From: Elusimicrobiota bacterium
Lineage (GTDB): Bacteria > Elusimicrobiota > Endomicrobiia > CG1-02-37-114 > XYA2-FULL-39-19
Direction of reading: 5' to 3'
Assembly (NCBI GenBank): GCA_018816525.1
Contig: JAHIVV010000070.1
Coordinates: 16,208-80,207 of the forward strand
Length of the DNA: 64,000 bases
Shown: positions 1 through 9,954 of the stretch, in pieces
How positions within the stretch are numbered: position 1 is the first letter of the stretch
Layout of the letters: each line of letters begins with the position of its first letter
Program-made: the position numbers and the translations under genes
The notes under the pieces: generated by a model
Seen by the model: only the letters and a program-made list of their open reading frames with translations
What the model was told of the DNA's origin: nothing
The model's database searches: none

Positions 1-231
1 GATTCTTTTAAATTGCAGGTCAAGAATTTCCGACAATGTTGATATTAACAGTGTTTTTGCCAGGCCCGGCACGCCGACGATCATGCAGTGCCCGCGCGCA
101 AAAAGCGCGATGAGCAGTTCGTCAATTACCTGCTCCTGCCCGATTATTACTTTTTTGAGCTGTTCAACAATCATCCGGTGACCATTAACCAGCTTCTCCA
201 CAAGTTCCAAATCTTTTTTTTGCGTTGGCAT
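1..231 (-). CDS. MoxR-like AAA+ ATPase, N-terminal part (gene continues beyond window start)
   Basis: Minus-strand translation from ATG at 231..229: MPTQKKDLELVEKLVNGHRMIVEQLKKVIIGQEQVIDELLIALFARGHCMIVGVPGLAKTLL, i.e. a MoxR-type Walker A context. Not in the ORF track because it is truncated by the window edge. Confidence 0.6.
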   Translation of the reverse strand, partial: MPTQKKDLELVEKLVNGHRMIVEQLKKVIIGQEQVIDELLIALFARGHCMIVGVPGLAKTLLISTLSEILDLQFKRI

Positions 232-311
232 TGTTAACTCCTGATGATTTGATTTAATAAGATTACAAATAGTATTTTTGCTGTTCGGCTTTTTAAAATC
301 ATAAATAACTT

Positions 312-1202
312 CTATCCCCTTGGGTGGTACTTTTTATGGAGTTCCTTTAAATGTTCACGGTCAACATGGGTATAAATCTGCGTAGTAGAAATGCTTGAAT
401 GCCCCAACATTTCCTGTAAGGAACGCAAATCAGCCCCTCCTGTAAGCAAATGCGTTGCAAAAGCGTGCCTGATACTGTGCGGTGAAATTTTACGCGTAAT
501 CCCTGCGTTTAGCGCGTACTTCTTAATCTGCTCCCAAAACTCAATCCTGCTCAAACTCTTGCCCAACTTACTCACAAACATCGCTTTTGCCGCAGGATAT
601 TTCTTTTGCCTGAACTCAAGATATTTTTCAATAGAGTAAATCGCTCTTTTACTCACGGGAACAATCCGCTCTTTGCCCCCCTTGCCCGTAACCCGCACAT
701 ACCCAACCTTCAAATCAATATCCCCCATCTGCAGACCTACCAGCTCCGAAACCCTTAGCCCGGATGCATAAAGCAGTTCAAACATCGCTTTATACCTCAG
801 GTCCCGTTCGTTTTTATCAGGCATAGTATTAAGCAATTGTTTCATTTCATCGATACTCAACACCTGAGGTAGCCGTGAAGGAATTTTTGGCAGCCTTACG
901 TTTATGGTAGGGTCTATGTTGATATGTTCGTCGATAATAAGAAATTTATAAAAATGCCGCAGTGATTCTATCAAACGGAAAATCGATTTTTCCCTTAAGG
1001 GCGCATCCTTTTCAAATTTCCTTTCCATTATGTAGCTGACAATATCATCCTGATGAACTTCAAATACGTGTTTTTTAATTGTCGCCAGGTGCTGGAGGAA
1101 TATTTTCAAATCACTGCCATAGGCAAGAACGGTATTTTTAGCGAGGTTTTTTTCAACAGAAAGGTATTGCAGAAAGGATTCTAAAAGTTCCTGGTTTGTC
1201 AT
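312..1202 (-). CDS. xerD: XerC/XerD-family tyrosine site-specific recombinase
   Basis: 296 aa. N-terminal SAM-like core-binding domain (LESFLQYLSVEKNLAKNTVLAYGSDL) and a C-terminal catalytic domain with R...HSIRHAFATHLL...LGHSSISTTQIYTH. No flanking phage or att signals. Confidence 0.85.
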   Translation of the reverse strand: MTNQELLESFLQYLSVEKNLAKNTVLAYGSDLKIFLQHLATIKKHVFEVHQDDIVSYIMERKFEKDAPLREKSIFRLIESLRHFYKFLIIDEHINIDPTINVRLPKIPSRLPQVLSIDEMKQLLNTMPDKNERDLRYKAMFELLYASGLRVSELVGLQMGDIDLKVGYVRVTGKGGKERIVPVSKRAIYSIEKYLEFRQKKYPAAKAMFVSKLGKSLSRIEFWEQIKKYALNAGITRKISPHSIRHAFATHLLTGGADLRSLQEMLGHSSISTTQIYTHVDREHLKELHKKYHPRG

Positions 1203-1825
1203 TTTAAATAAGGGTTATGCTTTAGTTCGCCGCCGATAGTGCATTGGTTATCATGCCCCGGGTAAATTTTATAATTCTCTGGAAGCACTTTCAGTTTTTC
1301 CAGAGAATTTCTCAAAACTTGTTCATCCCCACCGGGCAGGTCCCACCTGCCGACAAATTCGCAAAAAAGGGTATCTCCCGTGAACACAAAACCGTCCCCG
1401 ATTATGCAGATACCGCCTTTTGTATGGCCCGGAGTATGAATTACTTTTAACTGGCTGCCTTCAAAATCAATAACACTGCCTTCTTCAAGGATAACATCAG
1501 CCGAAGGCGATTTTTCCGGCAATCCCAACAATCCAGATAGATTTTTTGACGGGTTGGTAAGGCAATCTGCATCAAGTTTATGAATATAGATAGGTACTTT
1601 ATAGAGTTGCTTTATTTGAGAATTGGCGCCGATATGGTCGTAATGGCCGTGGGTATTTACTATTCCAACCGGGATGAGCTTACTGGCTTGAATCTCTTGG
1701 ATTATTCTTTCCGGCTCATCGCCGGGGTCTATTACAAGGCACTGCTTTGATTTTTCATCTATCAACAAATAACAATTGGTCTGTATCGGGCCGACCGTGA
1801 TAGATTTTATGAGCAGGCTGCTCAT
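1199..1825 (-). CDS. MBL-fold metallo-hydrolase (glyoxalase II-like)
   Basis: 208 aa with the HGHYDHIG zinc-binding motif. 4-nt overlap with xerD start. Confidence 0.8.
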   Translation of the reverse strand: MSSLLIKSITVGPIQTNCYLLIDEKSKQCLVIDPGDEPERIIQEIQASKLIPVGIVNTHGHYDHIGANSQIKQLYKVPIYIHKLDADCLTNPSKNLSGLLGLPEKSPSADVILEEGSVIDFEGSQLKVIHTPGHTKGGICIIGDGFVFTGDTLFCEFVGRWDLPGGDEQVLRNSLEKLKVLPENYKIYPGHDNQCTIGGELKHNPYLK

Positions 1826-2895
1826 TTATGTTTCTTGGGGTTTTCTTTCCCCTGTTTTTCTTCTTTGGATTTTTCTTCCTTAGCTTCTTCTTTTGCGATA
1901 CTTGAAGGAAACACCACTGCTTTTATCGCGGCTTCCAACTCATCGCAGATTGCGGGGTTTTCTTTAAGATAAATTTTTGCCTGGTCATAACCCTGTGCAA
2001 TTTTTTCGCCTTTAAATATAATCCAGGAACCTGTTTTTTCCAGAACCTGGTTATCAAGGCCCATATCGATAAGGAACCCTTCGCGCGGAATTCCAAGGCC
2101 GAAGATTATTTCAAACTCCGCCTGCCGAAACGGCGGCGCAACTTTATTTTTAACAACTTTTACGCGGACTCTATTTCCTATTATTTCATCGCCCCTTTTG
2201 ATCTTTTCTATTGAGCGGATGTCCAGGCGAATAGAGGAGTAAAACTTCAATGCCAGGCCTCCCGGAGTTGTTTCCGGGTTGCCGAACATTATGCCGATTT
2301 TATGCCTGATCTGGTTAATAAAAATCACGACTGCTTTTGATTTTGATATACAGGAAGTAAGTTTCCGCAATGCATGGGACATCAAGCGCGCCTGAAGCCC
2401 GATGGACGCCTGGCCCATTTCCCCTTCGATTTCAGCTTTTGGCACTAAAGCCGCAACAGAATCTATAACTATAACATCAACTGCGCCTGAACGGACTAAA
2501 CGTTCCGTAATTTCAAGCGCCTGTTCTCCGGAATCCGGCTGGGAAATGTAAAGGTTCTCTACATCAAGCCCGAGATTTTTAGCATAAGTAGGGTCAAAAG
2601 CGTGTTCAGCGTCAATATAAGCCGATATACCGCCAAGCTTCTGCGCCTGGGCGGCTATAATCATTGCCAGCGTTGATTTTCCACCCGATTCCGGCCCGAA
2701 TATTTCAACTACACGGCCTCTGGGAACTCCGCCTACACCTATTGCCACGTCTAAAGGAAGAGCGCCGGTTGGAATCACTTCTACCATCATTCTTGGCGAC
2801 TTCTCGCCCAATTTCATTATTGCTTCTTTGCCGAAATCTTTCTCAATCTGCGTGATTGCAGATTCAAGTGCTTTTAATTTTTCGTCCTTAGCCAT
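1822..2895 (-). CDS. recA: Recombinase RecA
   Basis: 357 aa. [12 protein letters not shown] Walker A and the conserved RecA core throughout. Lys-rich C-terminal tail. Confidence 0.97.
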   Translation of the reverse strand: MAKDEKLKALESAITQIEKDFGKEAIMKLGEKSPRMMVEVIPTGALPLDVAIGVGGVPRGRVVEIFGPESGGKSTLAMIIAAQAQKLGGISAYIDAEHAFDPTYAKNLGLDVENLYISQPDSGEQALEITERLVRSGAVDVIVIDSVAALVPKAEIEGEMGQASIGLQARLMSHALRKLTSCISKSKAVVIFINQIRHKIGIMFGNPETTPGGLALKFYSSIRLDIRSIEKIKRGDEIIGNRVRVKVVKNKVAPPFRQAEFEIIFGLGIPREGFLIDMGLDNQVLEKTGSWIIFKGEKIAQGYDQAKIYLKENPAICDELEAAIKAVVFPSSIAKEEAKEEKSKEEKQGKENPKKHK

Positions 2896-2968
2896 AACAC
2901 ACTCTCCCGTGTAGCGATCCCGTTTCCCCTTAAAGGAAAAAACGGGGCTATAAATTTTTATTACTTAA

Positions 2969-2997
2969 ATTCTACCCTTTTAAACTCTTAAAGTCAA
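2969..2997 (-). promoter_or_regulatory. Candidate sigma70 promoter for recA (TTGACT-N17-TAGAAT)
   Basis: Minus-strand read: TTGACT at 2997..2992, 17-nt spacer, TAGAAT at 2974..2969. A ~67-nt leader carries a CCCGTTT/AAACGGG hairpin and a GGGAGAG RBS before the ATG at 2895. Confidence 0.45.
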
Positions 2998-3002
2998 GAA
3001 AT

Positions 3003-3458
3003 TTACTTCAGCCACGTTCTCAATAACACCTGTAAAATTATATTGCTGTAAATACCCGCCAAAACATCATCCGCTACAATTCCCCACCCGCCGTTAAGTT
3101 TCTGAATTTGCCTGATATAGAGAGGCTTAACAACATCAAAAAACCTGAAAAGAACAAAACCTATAACAAGAAACTCAACAGTTTTTGGAATAAACGCCAT
3201 TGTTACCCAAAGCCCGGCTATCTCATCAATAACTATCCTGGGATTGTCCTCAGATTCATAAATCTTATCCGCTTCGGCTGAAATAAAAACTGCTGCAAAA
3301 CCCAGTATTACCACAACCGTGCAATAGGCGTAAATATTTCGAGGCATAACCAGCAGGTACAATATAGACGCAAGAAGCGTTCCAAAAGTTCCCGGAGCTA
3401 CGGGGCTATAGCCTGTACCGAGCCCAGAAGAAAGCGCAATTAATATTTTTTTTCTCAT
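3003..3458 (-). CDS. pgpA: Phosphatidylglycerophosphatase A
   Basis: LGTGYSPVAPGTFGTL PgpA signature. Start placed at the internal MRKKILIALSSG, which makes an ATGA overlap with the pgsA stop. The ORF-track N-terminal extension is considered spurious. Confidence 0.8.
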   Translation of the reverse strand: MRKKILIALSSGLGTGYSPVAPGTFGTLLASILYLLVMPRNIYAYCTVVVILGFAAVFISAEADKIYESEDNPRIVIDEIAGLWVTMAFIPKTVEFLVIGFVLFRFFDVVKPLYIRQIQKLNGGWGIVADDVLAGIYSNIILQVLLRTWLK

Positions 3459-4057
3459 TTCTGCATGTCTAAAACAAGGATGTCGCGGTTTTTGTAAAGA
3501 TAGGATATTCCTGAATAAATTGTCAGGGCAGTTACGTAAGCCATAATCCAAAACGGCGCATGTGAAAGAATTTCAGCCATAAAAGGATAGGTCATTAATA
3601 CATGTTTCTTGAAAGAATTCAATATTAAAATTAAAAGAATAACAATGATACCTATAATCTGGGATGTTGTTTTAAATTTCCCTGTTTTATCTGCGGCTAT
3701 AACCCTGTCATGCGAAAGAGCCAGCAACCTTAAACCGGTAATAATAAAATCCCGAGAAATAATAAACACCACCATCCAGGCAGGAATGTGCAATTCCTTC
3801 AGACTGACAAAGGAAATAAGCGCAGCAGAAATAATAAGTTTGTCAGCCAGCGGGTCAAGAAAAATACCGAATTTCGTTACAAGCTTGAACTTTCTTGCTA
3901 ACATGCCGTCAAACGCATCGGTAAGCCCGGCAATAATGAAAATTACCAGTGCGAAAGCGCGGGTCCATGCGTTATCAACGAACATAAAGACCATAAAAAA
4001 CGGGATGAGTAGAATGCGCAGTAAAGTAAACCTAGTAGCCAAATTTATTCTTTTCAC
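3455..4057 (-). CDS. pgsA: CDP-diacylglycerol--glycerol-3-phosphate 3-phosphatidyltransferase
   Basis: 200 aa. CDP-alcohol phosphatidyltransferase motif DAFDGMLARKF...G...D...D. Multi-TM. Confidence 0.85.
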   Translation of the reverse strand: MKRINLATRFTLLRILLIPFFMVFMFVDNAWTRAFALVIFIIAGLTDAFDGMLARKFKLVTKFGIFLDPLADKLIISAALISFVSLKELHIPAWMVVFIISRDFIITGLRLLALSHDRVIAADKTGKFKTTSQIIGIIVILLILILNSFKKHVLMTYPFMAEILSHAPFWIMAYVTALTIYSGISYLYKNRDILVLDMQK

Positions 4058-4755
4058 TTAAATAACCTTAAAACCTCTGCGCCTGCCGGGATTTTGAAAT
4101 CAAATTTATAGTTAGACACTTCAGGATTAATTTTATATGAAGTTATTTCCGTAGTTGCAGTAATATTTTCTGCTTCGAACCTGCTTTTCACAGGGAAATA
4201 ATCTGTTTTTGAAATCCACAAATAAAACCTGAAATTACCGCCTAATTGCGGTTCAAGGGCAGTTTTGAGTTTCTTTTTCGGCATAAGCAGCAGGACATAA
4301 TTTTTTTCATCTTCAGAATCAAGAGTAAAACCATATTGTTTCTTAAGGTCCGTTATCTTCCCCTTGGGGTTATAGAGCCCGGGAAGAAAATAGCCTATTC
4401 CCTTCCAGTTTTTCCATTTGTCGACAAAAACCTGATTGCCTTCGATGTTATAAAACCATAACTTATCGCCGTTTGAAACAATGATCTGTTTTGCCCGGTC
4501 ATTGGCAGTGGAAGTGAAAGTCTGGTAATATATTTTATCCGGGCTTTTAAAAAATAACTGTCCTGAAAAAACATTTTTTTCGTTTACGATTTTGAGGTCC
4601 ATTTCCTGGGAAAATTCTATCTGGATTGATTTAAGATTGGCTTCATTTTCCGCCATTTTAGCGGTAATAGTATCCAAAACAGGTTTTTGCCAGGCAGCGT
4701 TCACCACGGATAATGCGGCACTAAACAAAAATAATATAACTAATAACTTTTTCAT
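4054..4755 (-). CDS. lolA: LolA-like outer-membrane lipoprotein carrier protein (periplasmic)
   Basis: 233 aa. Signal peptide MKKLLVILFLFSAALSVVNA. LolA-like core (FSG.LFFKSPDKIYYQ...NGDKLWFYN). Conserved position directly downstream of ftsK. Confidence 0.6.
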   Translation of the reverse strand: MKKLLVILFLFSAALSVVNAAWQKPVLDTITAKMAENEANLKSIQIEFSQEMDLKIVNEKNVFSGQLFFKSPDKIYYQTFTSTANDRAKQIIVSNGDKLWFYNIEGNQVFVDKWKNWKGIGYFLPGLYNPKGKITDLKKQYGFTLDSEDEKNYVLLLMPKKKLKTALEPQLGGNFRFYLWISKTDYFPVKSRFEAENITATTEITSYKINPEVSNYKFDFKIPAGAEVLRLFK

Positions 4756-6971
4756 TTGTCGCTGGTAAAATACTCTTCTATTTTATCAAAATTAATCTGC
4801 CATTTGTTTGTGCCTTCGGGCTTGAAAATAAACCCGTTCATCTCGAGCCGGCTCAAGATATCTGTAGCGCGGGCAGAAGATCCGAAGTGCGCTTTCAATA
4901 AATCCTGCGACACTCTTTTTCTTTCCTGCACCAATTTTAAAGCTTCTTTTATATAATCTTCAAGTTTTTCATCTTTCGCGCCGGCTCCTTCAGTTTCTTT
5001 TTTAATAATTTCATCATAGGAAGGCCGCAGGCCCTGTTTCTTGATAAATGTAACTATGGACTCAACTTCATTTTCAGAAACATAGGAACCCTGGATACGC
5101 TCCGGTTTCGGGGCGCCGGTGGGAAGAAAAAGCATATCCCCCCTGCCCAACAACTCTTCCGCTCCCATGCTGTCTAAAATAACTCTTGAATCAACTTTTG
5201 AAAGAACCTGGAATGCAATCCTGGAAGACAAATTTGCTTTTATAACACCGGTAATAACATCAACGGAAGGGCGCTGCGTGGCAAGCAATACGTGAATACC
5301 CACGGCACGTGCCATTTGCGCCAGGCGCTGGATATTATCTTCAACTTCTTTTGCCATCATAAGCATAAGGTCAGCAAGTTCGTCAATAATAACAACAATG
5401 TAAAACTCTTTTACTTCATTATTTTTCTTGGCGTATTCATTATAACCGTCTATGTTTCTTACATTAGCCTTGGCGAATTTTTCGTACCTTTGTTCCATAA
5501 TCCTGACTAGGGAACTTAAAGCTTTAGCCGCGTGTTTCGGGTTTGTTATTACCTGCGCTTTATCTGGAGACACTGTAGGGTCATATATATGCGGTAATCC
5601 GTTATAAGCCGACAGTTCAAGGCGTTTCGGGTCTATTAACATGAATTTTACTTCATCCGGACGCGCTTTATACAGAATAGAAGTGAGGATTGAATGTATG
5701 CAAATGCTTTTACCCGAACCTGTAGCGCCTGCAATCAATAAATGAGGCATTGGTATGATATCTGCCACAACAGGCCTTCCGTCGGAAGTTTTTCCCAAAC
5801 CTATACTTAATTTTGAACCTGCGGACTGAAATTCATTGGAATCAAATATTTCCCTTATGCCGATTATCCTTCCTTTAGGATTAGGAATCTCTACTCCTAC
5901 TGCGCCTTTTCCCGGCACGGGAACAACCATCCTTATACTTGGCACTCTCATTGCCATTGCCAAATCATTATTTAAAATTGTTATTTGCTGGATTTTTACA
6001 CCCGTATCCGGTGTCAGGTCAAAACGTGTTACTGTCGGGCCGGGGACTATATCATTTACTTTTGCCAAAACGCCAAAACTTGCAAGGGTCTGCTCCAGTA
6101 TGGCGGCTTTCTGGATCAGTACTTCATGTTTATATTCCTGGTCGATCTGAGGCGTAGTTGCAAGTAAGTCTAATGGAGGAAGTTTGTAAGCCTCAATTTG
6201 TTTTTGATCGACTGCCGCCGCGGCAGGAGATTTATCCAATGCGGCTTTTTCAACTTTTGGCTTTTCATTTTTTTCCCTTCTTGTTGTTTCTTGAGGCGCT
6301 AAAGTTGATTTTGGTTGTTCTATTATTCTGGGCGCAACGCGGGGTATTTGAGACGTCGCTTCAGGCTGAACTAATCTTTTCGGCGAAACAACCACTCTTT
6401 CGGATTTCGTTTTTTTAACTTTTTCCTTGGTTGACTGCCATTCCTTTAGATCGGCGCCTATGCTTTTGAATATATACCTAAAAACTTCCAGTAATGAAAT
6501 ATTGAAAAATACAGATAAAGTGTAAATGAATACAATCGAAAGAACAACTGTAGCACCGGCCGGCCCGAACAATCTCATAAAAAAATCTCGAATTATTACT
6601 CCTGTCCTCCCGCCATAATTAGTGTTTTGAAAAAAACCGATCATGGACAATAAAGCACAGGAGGCAAGAAAAATGGCAAAACCCACAACAAGACGCAGGG
6701 CTTTGATTTTTTTAAACTTAAAAAGCTCAATGAAAAAAACAATTAGAAATACGGCCAACACTATGGCTGCTTTTCCGAAGAGAAAACCAAGCTGCTTGGC
6801 AAACCACTTGCCGGTAATACCTGATTGTTCAGGCATTACCACGCAATAAAGCATGGCAACACCCAGCACGAGCAGGTTTATTGCTTTTAAAACACTGGAT
6901 TTATTATTCTTGGTTTTTGCTTTTACCTGGAAGATGCTGTTTTGAATTTTGCTGCGGTAGCGTTTGTTCAT
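4752..6971 (-). CDS. ftsK: DNA translocase FtsK/SpoIIIE
   Basis: 739 aa. N-terminal TM segments, a Pro/Lys-rich linker, a motor domain (GATGSGKS Walker A, DELADLM) and a C-terminal gamma domain. Confidence 0.95.
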   Translation of the reverse strand: MNKRYRSKIQNSIFQVKAKTKNNKSSVLKAINLLVLGVAMLYCVVMPEQSGITGKWFAKQLGFLFGKAAIVLAVFLIVFFIELFKFKKIKALRLVVGFAIFLASCALLSMIGFFQNTNYGGRTGVIIRDFFMRLFGPAGATVVLSIVFIYTLSVFFNISLLEVFRYIFKSIGADLKEWQSTKEKVKKTKSERVVVSPKRLVQPEATSQIPRVAPRIIEQPKSTLAPQETTRREKNEKPKVEKAALDKSPAAAAVDQKQIEAYKLPPLDLLATTPQIDQEYKHEVLIQKAAILEQTLASFGVLAKVNDIVPGPTVTRFDLTPDTGVKIQQITILNNDLAMAMRVPSIRMVVPVPGKGAVGVEIPNPKGRIIGIREIFDSNEFQSAGSKLSIGLGKTSDGRPVVADIIPMPHLLIAGATGSGKSICIHSILTSILYKARPDEVKFMLIDPKRLELSAYNGLPHIYDPTVSPDKAQVITNPKHAAKALSSLVRIMEQRYEKFAKANVRNIDGYNEYAKKNNEVKEFYIVVIIDELADLMLMMAKEVEDNIQRLAQMARAVGIHVLLATQRPSVDVITGVIKANLSSRIAFQVLSKVDSRVILDSMGAEELLGRGDMLFLPTGAPKPERIQGSYVSENEVESIVTFIKKQGLRPSYDEIIKKETEGAGAKDEKLEDYIKEALKLVQERKRVSQDLLKAHFGSSARATDILSRLEMNGFIFKPEGTNKWQINFDKIEEYFTSDK

Positions 6972-7168
6972 TTTGCCAGAGAGATGAAATATATTTCGTT
7001 TTCCTGGGATATTCTTATTTTGTTCTCGCGCGCAAGCCAGCCGACAGCCATGAAAAGCATTGAATTATTAAGTTTCAGGTCGAACTTCAATTTGAGCACG
7101 TCAACTTTTTCATGGCTGGCAAGGTAATGCCATATTTTTCCAGCTTGTATACCGATAGTTTCTTCCAT
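6968..7168 (-). CDS. Small winged-helix protein, DUF2582-like
   Basis: 66 aa: IGIQAGKIWHYLASHEKVDVLKLKFDLKLNNSMLFMAVGWLARENKI matches the DUF2582 wHTH pattern. Overlaps the ftsK start by 4 nt. Confidence 0.55.
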   Translation of the reverse strand: MEETIGIQAGKIWHYLASHEKVDVLKLKFDLKLNNSMLFMAVGWLARENKIRISQENEIYFISLAK

Positions 7169-7171
7169 AGT

Positions 7172-7627
7172 TTACCCCAATACAAAAAGATCCTGGCCTG
7201 AATTTACGGATTTGCCGTTTTCAACTAATATTTTGACTATTTTGCATCTCTTTTCTGATTTGATTTCATTCATAACCTTCATAGCCTCTATGATGCAAAG
7301 AGTAGCGCCGGGATCAACCACATCGCCTTCTTTAACATAAGTAGGAGATGTCGGCGAAGGAGCGCGGTAAAAAACCCCATTTAAAGGCGATTTTATAGTC
7401 TGGTCATAAACTGGCTCAGCCGACGATGCTGGTACTGCAGGCGCCTGCGGTGTTTCGGATATTTGGACCGTTTCAACCTGCTGGACTACGGTTTTTATCT
7501 TTTTTCCCGGCCTTTTAATCCTAACATAGAAATCCTTGTCCTTGAATTCAATTTCTTCCAACCTTTCCTGCAAGGCCAGCTGATAAAGAGTTTCAATCAT
7601 TTCTTTTTTAGGATCAGTGTTTTTCAT
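7172..7627 (-). CDS. Biotin carboxyl carrier protein (AccB-like biotinyl-domain protein), orphan
   Basis: 151 aa. Pro/Ala linker then a biotinyl domain with CIIEAMKVMNEI (biotin-Lys in EAMKVM). No accC or decarboxylase subunits adjacent. Confidence 0.75.
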   Translation of the reverse strand: MKNTDPKKEMIETLYQLALQERLEEIEFKDKDFYVRIKRPGKKIKTVVQQVETVQISETPQAPAVPASSAEPVYDQTIKSPLNGVFYRAPSPTSPTYVKEGDVVDPGATLCIIEAMKVMNEIKSEKRCKIVKILVENGKSVNSGQDLFVLG

Positions 7628-9684
7628 TTTTTCAATGCCGCCTTTCTTGATAATACAAGCCTGCCCTGGTTATCTATCTCAAGGGCTTTGATTATCATTT
7701 CATCCCCTTCTTTGCAAATATCAGTGACCTTATTTACACGATGTTCGTCAAGCTGGGAGATGTGAACCAGGCCTTCTTTTCCTGGAATTACTTCCACAAA
7801 AGCGCCGAAATCCATTATTTTTACTACTTTGCCTTTATAGATTTTCCCGATTTCCACTTCCGCCGTCAAAGCTTCAACTCTCTGGCGGGCAAGGTCGATT
7901 CCTTTTTCATCGGTGCTGGAAATAAACACTCTGCCGTCGTCTTCTATATCAATCTGGGTCCCTGTTTCTTCAAGTATCTGCCTGATATTTTTCCCGCCGG
8001 GGCCGATAAGGCCGCCGATTTTTGACTGAGGAATCTGCAATATCAGCATGCGAGGCGCATAAGCGGATAGGTTTGACCTTGGAGCATCCAGCTCTTTGTT
8101 CATAATCTCAAGAATTTTTGTCCTGGCTCCGGCTGAGCGTTCAAGAGCTTCAGCAAGAATACTGGTTTCAACTCCTGCTAATTTGAGATCCAGCTGAATA
8201 GCGGTTATGCCGTTTTTTGTACCGGCAACTTTGAAATCCATGTCGCCGATATGGTCTTCGAGGCCCTGAATATCAGTTAAAAGCAGGTACTTATCGCCTT
8301 CGGTTATTAAACCTATAGATACGCCTGCGACTGCTGATTTCATAGGCACTCCTGCATCAAAAAGCGCAAGGGAGCCGCTGCAAACCGAGGCCATTGAAGA
8401 AGAACCGTTTGATTCAAGAATATCCGAAACAACTCTGATTGTGTAAGGAAAATCTGTATCGTTTGGGAGAATGGGGTAAAGCGCGCGTTTTGCAAGAGCT
8501 CCATGGCCAATATCTCTGCGCGATGGGCCGCGGTCCATTTTAGTTTCCCCAGTAGCAAAACCCGGGAAATTGTAGTGGAGTAAAAATCTTTCTTTAAATT
8601 CTCCTTCAAGTTCTTCCATTATCTGCATATCTGAAGGCGTTCCCAAAGTTACTGTAGCAAGTGCTTGGGTCTGGCCCCTGGTAAATAGAGCCGAACCATG
8701 AAGTCTTGGAAGAAAGCTTACCAGACAGGAGATGTCCCTGATTTGTTCAGTACTCCTTCCGTCCGGGCGTTTTTTCGTGGCCATTATGAAGGTTCTGATT
8801 TCGTCCCTGTAAATCCGTTCGAACACGACTTTTATCTGGGCCGCCATTTCTGGCTCACTGCCGAATTTTTTCTTTAAACCTTCAAGCGCCTGTTTGTATA
8901 TTTCTTCGAATTTTACAAAATCTTTTATTTTGTCTTTGACTATATTTTTTACGTCGCTGCAAAGTTCCTGGTTTGGCTGTGCGGGCTTAAGGGTTTTCTT
9001 TGGCTTGCCCTCTGACTTTTGAAGGTCTTTCTGCAAGTCGCAAAGCTGCTTAAGTACAGGTTTTGCCGCTTCCAGGGCATCGATAATAACTTTTTCAGAA
9101 ACTTCCTTGGCTCCCATCTCAAGCATCAGGACTTTTTCGCCTGTTCCCGAAATTACCAGATCGAGAGAACTCTTAGTCTGTTCTTCGTAAGTCGGGTTGA
9201 AAATGTACTGCCCGTCGATCATGCCGACTTTTACACAGGCAATAGGTCCGTCAAACGGAATATCTGAGATCATAAGGGCAGTTGAAGCGCCTATAACCGA
9301 TATTACATCGGTATCATTCATGGTGTCGCTGGACAGGACTATGACCGTTACCTGCAGTTCATTCTGGAATCCCAAAGGAAAAATAGAACGGATAGACCTG
9401 TCTATTAAACGGCAGGCCAATGTTTCTTTTTCGCGCGGGCGCCCTTCTCTTTTGAAAAAACCTCCGGGGATTTTGCCTCCGGCGTAGGTTCTTTCACGGT
9501 AATCTACCGTTAAAGGGACAAAATCACCCTGCCTGTCAAACGGTAATTCTCTTTCGCTCATTACCGCCGTTACAAGCACAGTGGTTTCTCCCATCTTTGC
9601 TATTACCGCACCGTCAGACTGTTTTGCAACAGTACCAGTTTCTAAAGTTACTTTTTTACCGCCGATTTCAATTTCTTTTTTCAT
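7624..9684 (-). CDS. pnp: Polyribonucleotide nucleotidyltransferase (PNPase)
   Basis: 686 aa. Two RNase PH domains, a KH domain (GGKNIRQI) and a C-terminal S1 domain. Confidence 0.97.
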   Translation of the reverse strand: MKKEIEIGGKKVTLETGTVAKQSDGAVIAKMGETTVLVTAVMSERELPFDRQGDFVPLTVDYRERTYAGGKIPGGFFKREGRPREKETLACRLIDRSIRSIFPLGFQNELQVTVIVLSSDTMNDTDVISVIGASTALMISDIPFDGPIACVKVGMIDGQYIFNPTYEEQTKSSLDLVISGTGEKVLMLEMGAKEVSEKVIIDALEAAKPVLKQLCDLQKDLQKSEGKPKKTLKPAQPNQELCSDVKNIVKDKIKDFVKFEEIYKQALEGLKKKFGSEPEMAAQIKVVFERIYRDEIRTFIMATKKRPDGRSTEQIRDISCLVSFLPRLHGSALFTRGQTQALATVTLGTPSDMQIMEELEGEFKERFLLHYNFPGFATGETKMDRGPSRRDIGHGALAKRALYPILPNDTDFPYTIRVVSDILESNGSSSMASVCSGSLALFDAGVPMKSAVAGVSIGLITEGDKYLLLTDIQGLEDHIGDMDFKVAGTKNGITAIQLDLKLAGVETSILAEALERSAGARTKILEIMNKELDAPRSNLSAYAPRMLILQIPQSKIGGLIGPGGKNIRQILEETGTQIDIEDDGRVFISSTDEKGIDLARQRVEALTAEVEIGKIYKGKVVKIMDFGAFVEVIPGKEGLVHISQLDEHRVNKVTDICKEGDEMIIKALEIDNQGRLVLSRKAALKK

Positions 9685-9690
9685 TAGCTT

Positions 9691-9954
9691 TTATCCAATT
9701 CCTAGTTTTCCGGTAAGTTCTTTATACTGTGCCGGGTTTGATTTTTTTAAATAATTCATTAATCTTCTTCTCTGCCCGATTAATTTCAGGAACCCTCTGC
9801 GGGACGTGTAATCTTTCGGGCTCTTTTTAAAATGTTCATTCAGTTCCGTGATCCTTTCTGAAAGCACTGCAATCTGCACGGCTGACGAACCTGTATCCGT
9901 TTTATGCGTTTTGTACTTCTCCATTACGTTTTTTTTAGTTTCTTTTTTTAACAC
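9691..9954 (-). CDS. rpsO: 30S ribosomal protein S15
   Basis: 87 aa, canonical S15 (…[49 protein letters not shown]…). Confidence 0.95.
   Translation of the reverse strand: MLKKETKKNVMEKYKTHKTDTGSSAVQIAVLSERITELNEHFKKSPKDYTSRRGFLKLIGQRRRLMNYLKKSNPAQYKELTGKLGIG

Noticed and set aside
312-1202. Tyrosine recombinase as marker of an integrated mobile element
   Set aside because: It has the XerC/D two-domain architecture and housekeeping neighbours (recA, MBL hydrolase, MoxR). There are no direct repeats, tRNA attachment site, phage or transposase genes. It was called chromosome-dimer resolvase.
3459-3551. ORF-track N-terminal extensions of pgpA, pyrH (23630..23767), rsmH (47072..47164), aroB, ydjC, rseP and the kinase
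   Set aside because: The track treats TTG/GTG and upstream in-frame Met as starts. Internal ATGs with RBSs that give canonical protein N-termini and ATGA-type coupling with the upstream gene are preferred.
3609-4061. 150-aa plus-strand ORF
   Set aside because: It is antisense to pgsA and shows no motifs or RBS.
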